Origin: an uncultured Boseongicola sp.
GTDB lineage: Bacteria > Actinomycetota > Acidimicrobiia > Spongiisociales > ZC4RG35
Reading direction: 5' to 3'
Length of the DNA: 64,000 bases
NCBI GenBank assembly: GCA_964194555.1
Contig: CAXMMT010000094.1
Coordinates: 1,890-65,889 of the forward strand
Shown: positions 28,107-38,274 of the stretch, one piece after another
Position numbering within the stretch: position 1 is the first letter of the stretch
How the letters are laid out: every line of letters starts with the position of its first letter
Notes under the pieces: model-generated
Seen by the model: the letters and a program-made list of their open reading frames with translations, nothing else
What the model was told of the DNA's origin: nothing
The model's database searches: none
Program-made: the position numbers and the translations under genes

Positions 28107-28847
28107 CTAGCCACCGCTGTGTTCAGCGACGAACTCCTCGGTGTATTGTCGCCAGAGCTCGATCGACTCGGCGGTAAGCATCGGCTTGGTGAAGAACTCG
28201 ACAACGAAGGTATTGTCGTACATGGTGTCGGCGTCGGAGGGGTAGTTGGCCTCGATCCAATTCTCGAACGGCTCCCAGATTTCTGTTGCGAATCGGGTGC
28301 CCTCCATCCGGAAGAGTTCGCCATCGGTTACGGCTGTTCTCCCGTCGATGTTTCGAACCGTCACCATGTATTCTCCGACCAGCGGCTCGACGCCTGTCAC
28401 CCTGCTCACGGCTGTGGTGGTCGTGACCTCACAGCTCACGCGTGTTGCGGTGGGGTCCGGATTGAACAACCGGCACTCACCCAAGTCGTTGATCCATCCG
28501 GCGGCGTCCCACCAGGCGACTTCGGCGCCGATCTCCTTGTAATTCGTCGTGTTGAAGAATCCCCGCATGTTGTCGCCCGCTATCAGGCCGGACGAGGTGG
28601 CAAGATCACCGGCCAACCACACCTCGAGGTAGGTGGTGGCGACTGCCATTGCCTGCTCGGGTGACTCGACTACCCCGACCACTGTCGTATCCGGAGGATT
28701 GGGAGCAGCTGGCGACGTCTCGTCCGACTGGCTGAGAATCGCTAGTGCTCCGACGAGCAATGCCGCGGCCACGACGACCAATGCTGGTACCAGCCGCCCT
28801 CTCTTCTGACCGGACTTCTCGCTCGGTCTTGTCTCTACTTGTGTCAT
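28107..28847 (-). CDS. Membrane-anchored hypothetical protein
   Basis: Single N-terminal TM helix and acidic extracellular domain; start may instead be 28868. Confidence 0.7.
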   Translation of the reverse strand: MTQVETRPSEKSGQKRGRLVPALVVVAAALLVGALAILSQSDETSPAAPNPPDTTVVGVVESPEQAMAVATTYLEVWLAGDLATSSGLIAGDNMRGFFNTTNYKEIGAEVAWWDAAGWINDLGECRLFNPDPTATRVSCEVTTTTAVSRVTGVEPLVGEYMVTVRNIDGRTAVTDGELFRMEGTRFATEIWEPFENWIEANYPSDADTMYDNTFVVEFFTKPMLTAESIELWRQYTEEFVAEHSGG

Positions 28848-29146
28848 CTCGCGCCACGAACCGAGCATCGTTCGCGCTCATGGCTTTAACCCTGCCAGAG
28901 ATTCACGCCTCACGCTCTGCCTATTCCCGCCTCGAGCGAATTTGTGACCAACAATCCCGTCACGGCTGCGACCGACCGGGCATATACAGCGCGAGCAACG
29001 GGGGTTGCGACGGGCGAAACCGGGTGCGGCCGACCCGGAATCGTCCGGATTCCGAACCACCCATAACCTCTTGCCAGCTAGCCCCTGACAGGGGATCGAT
29101 CTATCCGTGTAGGGTTCCGGCCCCCAGAGAGCGATAGGAGGCTCAG

Positions 29147-29380
29147 TTGGTCCAGGCTTATGTCCTGATCCAGACGGAGGTCGGCAAGGCCGCCGTCGTG
29201 GCAGAAGAAGTCCGCGAAATCATCGGCGTCGAGAGTGCCGACGACGTGACCGGTCCCTACGACGTCATCGTCAAGGCGACCAGCGAGGACGTCGACTCAC
29301 TCGGCAAGCTCGTAGTAGCCAAAATCCAGGCAGTGGACGGCATTACGCGCACTCTCACCTGCCCGGTGGTGCACCTCTAG
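29147..29380 (+). CDS. Lrp/AsnC ligand-binding-domain protein
   Basis: VQAYVLIQTEVGK, VTGPYDVI, GITRTLTCPVV; TTG after AGGAGG. Confidence 0.92.
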   Translation: MVQAYVLIQTEVGKAAVVAEEVREIIGVESADDVTGPYDVIVKATSEDVDSLGKLVVAKIQAVDGITRTLTCPVVHL

Positions 29381-29391
29381 AACGGGTTTTC

Positions 29392-30468
29392 CTAGCCCAG
29401 TTTGGAGGCGATCGTACCGGCACTGCGTAGTGCGGTGCCGTCGCTTCCGGCGACCGAGAACACTCTTGTTGGCGCGCTCTCTGCCTCGGCCACCATGTCC
29501 CCGAAGAGCTGACGACGGGTGAGCGGTGGCTCGACCCACAGGTACGCCGCCATCGACCCCGGGATCGTATTGACCTCGTTCACCACCAGTTCTCCGTCAT
29601 TCTCGAGGTAGTCGATTCGGGCGATCCCACGCAGATCGGCCACTTCGCTGACGCGTGAGGACAACTCGTGTATGGCCTTCTCGAGACTTTCGTCGAGTGA
29701 TGCGGGGAGTTGGCGGCCGCTGCTCGGCTCGCCACCCCAGGCCAGGTACTTCTGGTCGTATGAGTAGATCCCGCCGTCGGATCGGGCTGGGGCCTCGATC
29801 GCCGACACCTGCCAATCGGGATGAGTACGGACCGCCACCTGAAGGTCCCGGCTGCCGACGAGAAAAGGCTCGACGACCGCTCCTTGGTCGAGAAAACTCG
29901 ACGATCGCTTCAGGGCCAAGACCGTGGCCCAGTCATCGGCCACTTCTATGCCTATGGACGAACCGCCGAATCGAGGCTTGACGATGTAAGGAGATGGGAA
30001 ATCGGGAGCGGGCTCCATGCCGGTGGAGACCATTGTCCGCGGGAGGGTCGGCAGACCCGCGGAGGCCATTGCCGCCCCGAACGCAAGCTTGTCCATGCAT
30101 AGGGCCGAAGCTGCCTGGCCCGGCCCCGTATAACGAAGCCCGGCCAGGTCGAGCAGCCCTTGGAGTGTCCCGTCCTCGCCGGGACCGCCATGACATGCGA
30201 TGAACACCACACTGAGGTCAAGGGATTTCTTCTTGACGACAAACCCCTGCCCCGGGGATACTACAAACGAGACTTCCCGGGCCTTGGCAGGCACACCGTC
30301 GGCAAAATCCCCTGCTTCGAGATCGGACCCGACCAGATACCACTCACCGGATTTCGACCAGTAGATGGCATGCACGTCCTCGAGGGCGCGTGCCACCTGG
30401 AGACCGGTCAGGACCGAGATGTCATGTTCGTCTGACGGTCCTCCGAATACGACTGCTGGCTTGCTCAT
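29392..30468 (-). CDS. ddl: D-alanine--D-alanine ligase
   Basis: FGGPSDEHDIS, HGGPGEDG, KPRFGGSSIG, YDQKY, NEVNTIPG. Confidence 0.93.
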   Translation of the reverse strand: MSKPAVVFGGPSDEHDISVLTGLQVARALEDVHAIYWSKSGEWYLVGSDLEAGDFADGVPAKAREVSFVVSPGQGFVVKKKSLDLSVVFIACHGGPGEDGTLQGLLDLAGLRYTGPGQAASALCMDKLAFGAAMASAGLPTLPRTMVSTGMEPAPDFPSPYIVKPRFGGSSIGIEVADDWATVLALKRSSSFLDQGAVVEPFLVGSRDLQVAVRTHPDWQVSAIEAPARSDGGIYSYDQKYLAWGGEPSSGRQLPASLDESLEKAIHELSSRVSEVADLRGIARIDYLENDGELVVNEVNTIPGSMAAYLWVEPPLTRRQLFGDMVAEAESAPTRVFSVAGSDGTALRSAGTIASKLG

Positions 30469-30475
30469 TGAGTGC

Positions 30476-31966
30476 TCACGGGTAGTGATCGGGGAGATCG
30501 TTCTCGTAGAGAACCGCATCGCCCGGTCCGAGGGTTCCCCGGATCCATGCAACCGCCTCCTCCCGATCGCCCACGACGGTAACGGACGCCCGGCCGTTGG
30601 CAGAACCCTGGACCAGAGCTTCACGGTTGGTCTTGCCCACGACGATGAAATAGTCGACCACACCCCCGGCGGCCGAAGCGAAAGCCTTGTTTTCTTTCGC
30701 CTGAACCGGCCCGAGCTCAACCATGCCCGGTGTCACCACGGCCAACTTCCCTCCACTCCCCACGTTCTTAAGCAACTCGAGAGCCCTATCTGCACCGGCA
30801 GGATTGGAATTGAATGTGTCATCGACGATCGAGAACCCTGATTCGGAGACAGTGACCGTTTGACGATGATCGGTAGTCGGCAATGTGGCCGAGCGTCCCA
30901 CCAAGCTCTCAACGTCGACGCCCAGGGCCAGACAGATGCCGAGGGCCACGGCCAGATTCGAGGGGAACACATCGTTGGGAACCGATGCGATGACCCGTCC
31001 GTCGAGTCGAATGGAGCCGTCCGCCACCACGACCCGCCCTCGCTCGCCTGTGGAGACCTCGATGATGCTCATCGACGCGGCGCGTTCTCTCGCGAGCCGA
31101 GCCAGGAGAGGGTGGTCGACACAGATCACACCCACTTCTGCCTTGTCGAGGATCTCGGCCTTGGCCGAGACGATGCGCTCCTCGGTTCGAAACCTCTCGA
31201 GATGGACGGGGCCAATGGCGACCATTGCCGCCACTCGCGGTGGAACCCACTCACACAGTTTTGCTATCTCACCGGGGCCGTAGGCACCCATCTCGGCGAC
31301 GAAGACCTCGGTACCGGGAGTAAGGCTCTCATTGATGGCTCGTGCCAGCCCCATTCGGTTGTTGAAAGAGGCAGGGCTGACCACAGTTCGTTTCGTCCCG
31401 TCGAGTAGATGGCCCACATAGTTCTTGGTTGTCGTCTTGCCGTACGAGCCGGTGATCGCCACCACCTCGGCTCTGACTGCCTCGAGTTTGCGACCTGCCT
31501 CGCCGACCCACTTCGAACCGAGCAAACCCTCCAGCGGTTTGAGCATCAAGAGGGCAAAGTCGACCGTGACGGGCAGCGCGAACAGTCCGGCAACGATCAC
31601 GACCGGCGTTCCCGATCTCCCACCGAGGTAGTAGGTGCCGACGAGGATCATCGCCAAAACAAAAGCCACTCGCTTCAATCGGCCCGTCCAGACAAGCGGA
31701 CTCGTCTTACCTCTGATGCCAAGACCGACCGGACCGACCTGGCCTATCACCACCAGAAATCCGAACCAAGGGTTCCAGAACGTCCCGATGATGCCGGCCA
31801 AACCCAGGGCAAGCAGCCCGAGGTTGGAAGACCCGTTGGTCCACCATCGCCACGCAAACCGACTGACAGAGGGCGGGAGATAGTGCTCCCGCTGCGCGAT
31901 TCGTAGCCAGCGAAGACCCGCGGGGATCGAGGCGACCCCGCATGCGGCCGCAAGAACCCAGATCAT
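30476..31966 (-). CDS. murF: MurF-type ligase with N-terminal membrane domain
   Basis: ITGSYGKTTTK, SFNN, EMGA, DDTFNSNP, PGMVELG, ENDLPD. Confidence 0.9.
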   Translation of the reverse strand: MIWVLAAACGVASIPAGLRWLRIAQREHYLPPSVSRFAWRWWTNGSSNLGLLALGLAGIIGTFWNPWFGFLVVIGQVGPVGLGIRGKTSPLVWTGRLKRVAFVLAMILVGTYYLGGRSGTPVVIVAGLFALPVTVDFALLMLKPLEGLLGSKWVGEAGRKLEAVRAEVVAITGSYGKTTTKNYVGHLLDGTKRTVVSPASFNNRMGLARAINESLTPGTEVFVAEMGAYGPGEIAKLCEWVPPRVAAMVAIGPVHLERFRTEERIVSAKAEILDKAEVGVICVDHPLLARLARERAASMSIIEVSTGERGRVVVADGSIRLDGRVIASVPNDVFPSNLAVALGICLALGVDVESLVGRSATLPTTDHRQTVTVSESGFSIVDDTFNSNPAGADRALELLKNVGSGGKLAVVTPGMVELGPVQAKENKAFASAAGGVVDYFIVVGKTNREALVQGSANGRASVTVVGDREEAVAWIRGTLGPGDAVLYENDLPDHYP

Positions 31967-32706
31967 GCCATGACCGAATCTATTGCCTTGCGCAATTCTT
32001 CCGGGGCTTCGGTGGGGATTTGATGCCCTACGCCCTCGATCACTCTCAGGTCGACGCCACCGTCTGCCTGGCCTATGACGGCGGCAATCATCTCAGCCAC
32101 CGAGACGGGCACCTCGTCATCCAACTCACCCCAGAGCAGCACGACCCGGGACTGCAAATCCCTCAGCTGCGGTTCGTAGCTCTCGTTCACCACCTTCACC
32201 AGAATGTCCCGCATGACGCCGGTCGCCGATCTGTAGTCGTCAGAACCACTTCGTCTGCGAAGCCTCTCCATGCGCCGATCTGAGACGATGCCGATTTTGT
32301 TGAGCGATCTAGCGATCCGGTAGGAGATCCTCGGCCGTCGACCAACTCCCGATCGAACGAGTGGCGCACCCGTGAGGATGACAGGGCCGATCTCGTCCGG
32401 GCACCGCGCGGCGAGACACACTGCGATTCTGCCGCCGAACGAGTGGCCTATCAGGACGGGAGGCCTATCGAATTCCGACAGCATCTCAGCGAGAATGTCT
32501 GCATAACCTTCGGCGCCTATCACGTCGGCGGGAGGAGGCGACGCGCCAAAGCCCGGAAGATCCGGGGCAAAGGCCGAAATACCCAGCAGGCTGTTCTTGA
32601 AATCGGCACCGTGTCGACCCCACCCATGAAGGGCAAGAACACGTGGCGGTCCTTCGCCGAACACCTCGGCAAACACAGCGCCGTCAACGAATGACCGTAA
32701 AGCCAA
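31963..32706 (-). CDS. Alpha/beta hydrolase
   Basis: LHGWG, DLPGFG, GHSFGG. Confidence 0.9.
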   Translation of the reverse strand: MALRSFVDGAVFAEVFGEGPPRVLALHGWGRHGADFKNSLLGISAFAPDLPGFGASPPPADVIGAEGYADILAEMLSEFDRPPVLIGHSFGGRIAVCLAARCPDEIGPVILTGAPLVRSGVGRRPRISYRIARSLNKIGIVSDRRMERLRRRSGSDDYRSATGVMRDILVKVVNESYEPQLRDLQSRVVLLWGELDDEVPVSVAEMIAAVIGQADGGVDLRVIEGVGHQIPTEAPEELRKAIDSVMA

Positions 32707-32767
32707 GGATCAATCCTCGATCTGACAGGAAGAAGCGCCGAGAATACAGGGAGAAGAAGCCAAACCA

Positions 32768-34555
32768 ATGACCACCGAAGACATCCAACCAACGATCCAC
32801 GAGGCGATGGCCCGATTTCGGGCCTCACTGCTTCGTCGTGCGTCCGCTGTGGCTTGGGTGGTTCTCATCATCATCGGTGCCCAGGCCGTTCGCAGCGAAA
32901 TCTTCGCACTGCCGGCCTTCTACATACCAATGGCAGGTTTGGCTGTGCTTTTGGTCTCGTCGGCCGCCATCCGGTGGGAAGGTCTCATGGCGACCCAGGC
33001 GGCCCCATGGATATCCGCTGGCTGGCTTCTCGCTCTCATCGTCGGCATAACGGCCCTCGCCACCATCCCCGAGTTAACTGCCACTGCACAGCCGATCTTG
33101 TTTGGCATAGCTGCGGTATCAGGTCTCCTCCTCACGTGGTGGACCCACGCAATCATCACCGTGACCATCGGGATCGCCATCTCCTACATCGCCTTCACCC
33201 TTGGACTGGCCGATGCCATTCCAGACGTGCTTGCCCCGGTCCTGACCGTCCTGGTGGTCGCTGCCTCGACGGCCCTGGTTGGTTTTGAGTTTGAGAAAGA
33301 AGCCCTCGTCTCGGCGGGAAAGGAGAGCAAGCTCGAGGTCCAGCGTCTCGATTTCGAGCGTCTCTACGCGGTCAGCGCCACTCTGGCTCGCGCCGAATCC
33401 CTTTCGGAGATCGTCCCACACCTGATCGGGACCATCTGCAAATACCTCGACGCCCAGGTGGGTGTCGTTCTTCTTCACGACGCCGAAATGGCACGTCTCG
33501 AGGTGATGAGTCCAATCTGGGTCAACGGATACCCGCTCGAAACCGAGGAAATAGCAGTCGACATAAACTCGACCAGTGTCGTGGCTCAGACCTATCGCGC
33601 CGCCAAACCGATACTTGTCAGGCAAATCGACGCCAAAACCGACTCACATGTCTTGCTCAAGGAGCTTGGCCTGAAACAGGCCTTGGTGGCGCCTCTCAAG
33701 GTGGAATCCATGAGAGTGGGCATCATCGTGGTGGGCGATCCCTACGCCAACGACTTCACGGAAGACCAGTTGGAGCAGTTGGGCTCGCTGGCGGCGCCTG
33801 CAGGACTTGTCCTCAGCCAGATCGGGAGATACGAGGCCCAGGCGGAGATGACGAGACGTCTCGAAGAGGTTGCTCAAATGAAGTCTGACTTTGTCTCGAC
33901 CGTGAGTCACGAGTTGCGCAGCCCCCTTACATCGATCATCGGATCGCTGGACACGGTGAATCGGCCCGAGTTGGCGCCGCCAGAGCCCACCTCTCAGCAG
34001 CTACTCCTCAGTGCTCGTCGACAGGCCGGACGTTTGCAGAGACTCATCGAGGACCTGTTGGTGGTGTCGAGGATCGATCGAGGAGCGATCCCGATGCAAA
34101 TCGAGGCGGTCCCGATTCGCAAAATCCTCGACGAGGTCAACCGTGTCGTCTCCCTCGAGCCGACGATCAGCGTCGACCCCGAAGGGTTGGAGACGAGGGC
34201 AGACCGAGATCATCTCTCGCGAGTTCTCATCAATCTGGTCGAGAACGCAGCCAAGTACGCCCCTGACAGTCCCGTCGAGTTGTTTGCATGGGAGCGAAAC
34301 GGCAAGGCTGTCATTGCGGTCGTAGACCACGGACCCGGCATCCCGGAGAGCGACAGAGAGCGGGTCTTCGAGAGGTTCATGCAGGTGGACCAGTCGGATA
34401 CGAGATCCAAAGGCGGAACGGGACTCGGTCTGTCCATCGTGAAGAGCCTTACCGAGTCGATGAGCGGTTCGGTTCGAATCGAGACGACCGAGGGTGGCGG
34501 AGCCACCTTCATCGTGGAACTGCCTCTCCCGATCACGATGCCGGCGCAGGCCTGA
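32768..34555 (+). CDS. Membrane sensor histidine kinase with GAF domain
   Basis: Multiple TM helices, GAF, SHELRSPL, NAAKY, DHGPGI, GGTGLGL; no adjacent response regulator. Confidence 0.92.
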   Translation: MTTEDIQPTIHEAMARFRASLLRRASAVAWVVLIIIGAQAVRSEIFALPAFYIPMAGLAVLLVSSAAIRWEGLMATQAAPWISAGWLLALIVGITALATIPELTATAQPILFGIAAVSGLLLTWWTHAIITVTIGIAISYIAFTLGLADAIPDVLAPVLTVLVVAASTALVGFEFEKEALVSAGKESKLEVQRLDFERLYAVSATLARAESLSEIVPHLIGTICKYLDAQVGVVLLHDAEMARLEVMSPIWVNGYPLETEEIAVDINSTSVVAQTYRAAKPILVRQIDAKTDSHVLLKELGLKQALVAPLKVESMRVGIIVVGDPYANDFTEDQLEQLGSLAAPAGLVLSQIGRYEAQAEMTRRLEEVAQMKSDFVSTVSHELRSPLTSIIGSLDTVNRPELAPPEPTSQQLLLSARRQAGRLQRLIEDLLVVSRIDRGAIPMQIEAVPIRKILDEVNRVVSLEPTISVDPEGLETRADRDHLSRVLINLVENAAKYAPDSPVELFAWERNGKAVIAVVDHGPGIPESDRERVFERFMQVDQSDTRSKGGTGLGLSIVKSLTESMSGSVRIETTEGGGATFIVELPLPITMPAQA

Positions 34556-34562
34556 CGGGGAC

Positions 34563-35348
34563 TCAGGCGCCGTCGCTTCCGGCGGCAACGGCATGGAGCC
34601 CACCATCGACATGGACGATCTCACCTGAGGTCATTGGTGCCCAGTCGCTGAGAAGCACAGCAACCATTCGGGCTACCGGCTCGGGATCGGTTGCATCCCA
34701 GACGAGTGGCGATCGCTTCTTCCAGAGCGCATCGAATTGCTCGAAACCGGGGATCGACTTTGCTGCCACCGTGCTCAGCGGCCCAGCGGATACCGCGTTT
34801 GCCCGAATATTGAATGGCCCGAGGTCACGGGCGAGATAGCGGGTCACGCTTTGCAGTGCCGATTTCGCCACGCCCATCCAGTCGTAAGCGGGCCATGCCC
34901 TGGTGTTGTCGAAGTCCAGCGCGACGAGCGACCCACCACCGGCTTCCTTCATCAGCGGTAGCAGCGCCACTGCAAGGGTCTTGTATGAGAAGGCCGAGGT
35001 AACAAAAGCGATTTGCGCCGACTCCGCCGGCGTATCGAGGAAGTTCCCCCCAAGAGCGTCGGCCGGTGCGAACGCGATGGCATGAAGCGCGCCATCGATC
35101 TTGCCCCAACGCTCGGTCAGGCCGGCGGTAAGAGCATCTACGTGTGCCGGATCGTTGATGTCCAACTCCAGGACATCACATGGTTCCGGGAGTCGATTGA
35201 CGGATCTCTCGGTGAGTCGCATGCCCCTGCCGAAGCCGGTGGCGACTATCTCGGCACCCTCCTCCTGGACGATGCGGGCGACATGCCACGCGATGGAGTC
35301 GTCTGTGAGCACACCGGTGATGAGCAGCTTCTTGCCTTCCAGCAACAT
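34563..35348 (-). CDS. fabI: Enoyl-ACP reductase (InhA-like)
   Basis: ITGVLTDDSIA, PAYDWMGVAK, SAGPLST. Confidence 0.95.
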   Translation of the reverse strand: MLLEGKKLLITGVLTDDSIAWHVARIVQEEGAEIVATGFGRGMRLTERSVNRLPEPCDVLELDINDPAHVDALTAGLTERWGKIDGALHAIAFAPADALGGNFLDTPAESAQIAFVTSAFSYKTLAVALLPLMKEAGGGSLVALDFDNTRAWPAYDWMGVAKSALQSVTRYLARDLGPFNIRANAVSAGPLSTVAAKSIPGFEQFDALWKKRSPLVWDATDPEPVARMVAVLLSDWAPMTSGEIVHVDGGLHAVAAGSDGA

Positions 35349-35707
35349 CAGAAATTGCCTCCAAACGTCATTATCCCTCGGATTCCAAGACCCATCGTGA
35401 ACAGTAGGAGAAGGCCGTAGTACAGCGCGGGACGTTTCCGGAATTGCGCCCTATAGATGTAGACGAACGTGAAGGTCACCGCTATTACGATCCCGTAAAA
35501 GACGTGCTGATTACCCGGGTCGACACCCCGGGACATGACGTATACACCAATCACGATCTGGGCGAGCAGTCCTGCGGTGGCGGCGCCTACCGCCCAATAG
35601 AACGACTTGGGGATCCTCTCTCGTCTCGCCATGAGAACACCCCAGAGACCGATCACACCGCTGAACCCTGCGGCGATGAAACCCCAGGTCATGTGGATCG
35701 AACTCAT
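35348..35707 (-). CDS. Small membrane protein
   Basis: Four hydrophobic segments; stop overlaps the fabI ATG. Confidence 0.75.
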   Translation of the reverse strand: MSSIHMTWGFIAAGFSGVIGLWGVLMARRERIPKSFYWAVGAATAGLLAQIVIGVYVMSRGVDPGNQHVFYGIVIAVTFTFVYIYRAQFRKRPALYYGLLLLFTMGLGIRGIMTFGGNF

Positions 35708-35774
35708 GAAATGAGCTTAGGGGCCTACCTCGATGGTGCCCGCCCTGGGAGTACAATCGGTTCAGGAGGCACCC

Positions 35775-36038
35775 ATGTTCGAGGCAATTCAGTTCATCGA
35801 GCGGCCGGGCAGGCCAGAACCCATGGAAAGCCATCTGGGCGAGTTCGACGACGAGATGGACGCGGTCGAGGCGGCGCGCGACGCCCGCAGAGAGTTCATG
35901 ACCGGCAACGAGACAGAATACGCCTGGTGGGTAGTGCGGCAACAAGGCGCCCAGCTCGCCAACTTCATCGCCGATTCCAAGAGCCACAAGGAGTTCGTGC
36001 TCGACCTGACTTCCGGTGAGTTGGTCGAGATCACCTAG
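35775..36038 (+). CDS. Small acidic hypothetical protein
   Basis: ATG after AGGAGG; coding-like codon usage. Confidence 0.7.
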   Translation: MFEAIQFIERPGRPEPMESHLGEFDDEMDAVEAARDARREFMTGNETEYAWWVVRQQGAQLANFIADSKSHKEFVLDLTSGELVEIT

Positions 36039-36095
36039 TGACAGACCACCAGGGGGCTCGCCCGGTTCCGATCACCACTAACTAATGTCCGTGCC

Positions 36096-36908
36096 ATGGA
36101 GGATGAGGGGCGAGGATCGACTCGCGATCAGGACAAGACTGAGTACTGGCGTAGCGTCCTCAACGGAGATGACAAGGGCCTGCGTATTGCGCAGCAGCGC
36201 TTCGGGAAAATGCAGGCACCGCCTCGATGCAAACTCTGCCGGGCCCCTTTCGCGGGGCCGTATGTCCCAATCCTTCGTCTCGCCGGGTTCAAGAGATGGG
36301 ATCTGAATCAACAACTCTGCCGGAGATGCTTTGGTCGTGTCGAAGACCATCAAGGTGGTGCCGAAATACCGGTGTCTGTCTTGTATGCCGACATCCGCGG
36401 CTCGACCACGATTGCCGAAACCACATCCTCCGTCGACTTCACGCGGATGCTCAATCAGTTCTACAAGGTGGTCACGGAGGCAGTCGACGCGGAGATGGGC
36501 GCAATCGACCACATGGCAGGAGACGGGATCATGGTGATGTGGGTTCCTGCCTTCGTCGATGAGCACCACGCCAAACACGCCATTGCCGCTGGACGACGGA
36601 TCCTTCAGGGGTTCCCGGACATGGCGACGCTACCGGTGGGTGTCGGAGTGCATACCGGGGAGGCGTATGTGGGAGTGGTTGGCGAAGCCGGAGCGCGCAA
36701 CTTCACGGTCCTCGGCGACACGCCCAACACAGTGGCCAGGCTCAGTTCGGCCGCCGGGGCCGGAGAGCTGGTGATGAGCGAGGCTGCAGCTACAGCGGCC
36801 GGCGTGGAGACAGCCAACCTCCAACACCTCATGCTGGACCTGAAAGGCAAGTCCGACCCCTTCCCGGCATGGATCGAGAGAGCTGTCGATGTCGAGGAAA
36901 GTGAATGA
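36096..36908 (+). CDS. Class III adenylate/guanylate cyclase with N-terminal CxxC...CxxC motif
   Basis: CKLC...CRRC; VLYADIRGST, AGDG, GVHTG, GDTPNTVARL, LKGK. Confidence 0.92.
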   Translation: MEDEGRGSTRDQDKTEYWRSVLNGDDKGLRIAQQRFGKMQAPPRCKLCRAPFAGPYVPILRLAGFKRWDLNQQLCRRCFGRVEDHQGGAEIPVSVLYADIRGSTTIAETTSSVDFTRMLNQFYKVVTEAVDAEMGAIDHMAGDGIMVMWVPAFVDEHHAKHAIAAGRRILQGFPDMATLPVGVGVHTGEAYVGVVGEAGARNFTVLGDTPNTVARLSSAAGAGELVMSEAAATAAGVETANLQHLMLDLKGKSDPFPAWIERAVDVEESE

Positions 36909-37342
36909 GTAATCGTCAAGTCATCGAGAGCTACTGGACCGCTTTCGTGGAAGGGGATCTGGAGACACTCGAGAGACTCGTTCACCCTGACATCGTGGTC
37001 ACCTACCCACAGTCGGGTGAGGTGATTCGGGGTCGCGAGAACTACATGGCCACTATCCGCAACTACCCGATAGCGCTTCCAGAAGGTGTCGGCGTCAAAC
37101 TCGAAGGAACGTCTGAAACAGCCTCAGTGTCTTCTCCACTGCCCTTTGGAATGCCGGTGATCACCGTTGCAGCTGGCAGCGACGTGTTCGTAGGGGAGGC
37201 GGTATACAACTATCCCAACGGTGAGGTGTTCCACGTTGCCGCCATCATCAAGATCCGCGAGGGCATGATCGGGGAGGAAACCACCTACTTCGCGGCCCCA
37301 TTTGATGCTCCGGAATGGCGCAGCCAATGGGTGGAGAGCTGA
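36905..37342 (+). CDS. SnoaL/NTF2-like protein
   Basis: YPQSGEVIRG, YFAAPFDAPEWR. Confidence 0.85.
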   Translation: MSNRQVIESYWTAFVEGDLETLERLVHPDIVVTYPQSGEVIRGRENYMATIRNYPIALPEGVGVKLEGTSETASVSSPLPFGMPVITVAAGSDVFVGEAVYNYPNGEVFHVAAIIKIREGMIGEETTYFAAPFDAPEWRSQWVES

Positions 37343-37386
37343 TCACCACTTCGGTCTATCGGTCACCGACTCCTAACCTGGCTCTT

Positions 37387-38274
37387 GTGAAACGATGGCT
37401 CTGGCTACCGCCCCTGATCGTGGCCGGTGTCATCTCCGCCTTTCCGAGAATCCTTGCGCGCGTCTTCGCCCCACCGCAGCGAGCAACCGAGCAGTCCCCC
37501 GCCGATCTTGACTTACCCGGAGAGCAAGTCTGGCTTCGCAGTGTCAATGGCACCAGACTCCATGGCTGGTTCATCCCCGTTGATCGCACCGCGCCAGCTG
37601 TCGTCGTCCTCCACGGTTGGGGTGGGAACGCCGCCCTGATGCTTCCGATGGCACCACATCTCCACCGCGCCGGATTTCACGCGCTCTTCCTCGATGCCCG
37701 CAACCACGGTTTCTCTGAGCACGACCGTTTCATGTCGATGCCCAGGTTCGCCGAGGATCTCGATGTCGCCGCCGAATGGCTCGACGCCTACGCGGATGTG
37801 ACATCAATCGGTGTCATCGGACATTCGGTCGGGGCCGGTGCGGCCATCCTCAGCGCATCCCGGAGTGATCGGTTCGCCGCAGTGGTGTCGGTCTCTTCCT
37901 TCTCTCATCCCGGGGAGATGATGAGGGAGCAGATGGACCGAATCCCGTCCCCACTTCTCGATCTGCTTCTCGGCTACATCCAGCGGCTCATCGGATACCG
38001 TTTTGACGACTTCGCCCCTCGTCACACGATCCTCTTCGTGAAGGCCCCCATCATGCTGGTGCACGGCGATTCCGATGAGGTGGTCCCGATCCGAAGCCTC
38101 GGGGAGCTCGCGGCGGCGAGACCGGATGCCAAAGTGGTCATTGTCAAGGGGGGCGGGCATAGCGATCTGGGTCCGTTCGACCCCTTCCTGGTTCAGATCA
38201 CTGACTTCCTCAACCGTCACCTGGCAACGGCCGTCCCTATTCGTCCATCAACAGGTCTGAGTACTCGTCCCTGA
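37387..38274 (+). CDS. Alpha/beta hydrolase with N-terminal anchor
   Basis: LHGWGG, GHSVGA, HGDSDEVVP, GGGH. Confidence 0.88.
   Translation: MKRWLWLPPLIVAGVISAFPRILARVFAPPQRATEQSPADLDLPGEQVWLRSVNGTRLHGWFIPVDRTAPAVVVLHGWGGNAALMLPMAPHLHRAGFHALFLDARNHGFSEHDRFMSMPRFAEDLDVAAEWLDAYADVTSIGVIGHSVGAGAAILSASRSDRFAAVVSVSSFSHPGEMMREQMDRIPSPLLDLLLGYIQRLIGYRFDDFAPRHTILFVKAPIMLVHGDSDEVVPIRSLGELAAARPDAKVVIVKGGGHSDLGPFDPFLVQITDFLNRHLATAVPIRPSTGLSTRP

Noticed and set aside
28880-29140. Long intergenic region with short hairpins
   Set aside because: No second copy, no clear promoter-terminator pair and no recognisable RNA motif
29392-30468. Possible D-Ala-D-Lac (Van-type) ligase
   Set aside because: Omega loop YSYDQKY is the D-Ala-D-Ala type and no vanH/vanX genes are nearby
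38237-38274. Convergent 3' overlaps (also plsY/dtd 54838-54878)
   Set aside because: Short tail overlaps are common in compact high-GC genomes
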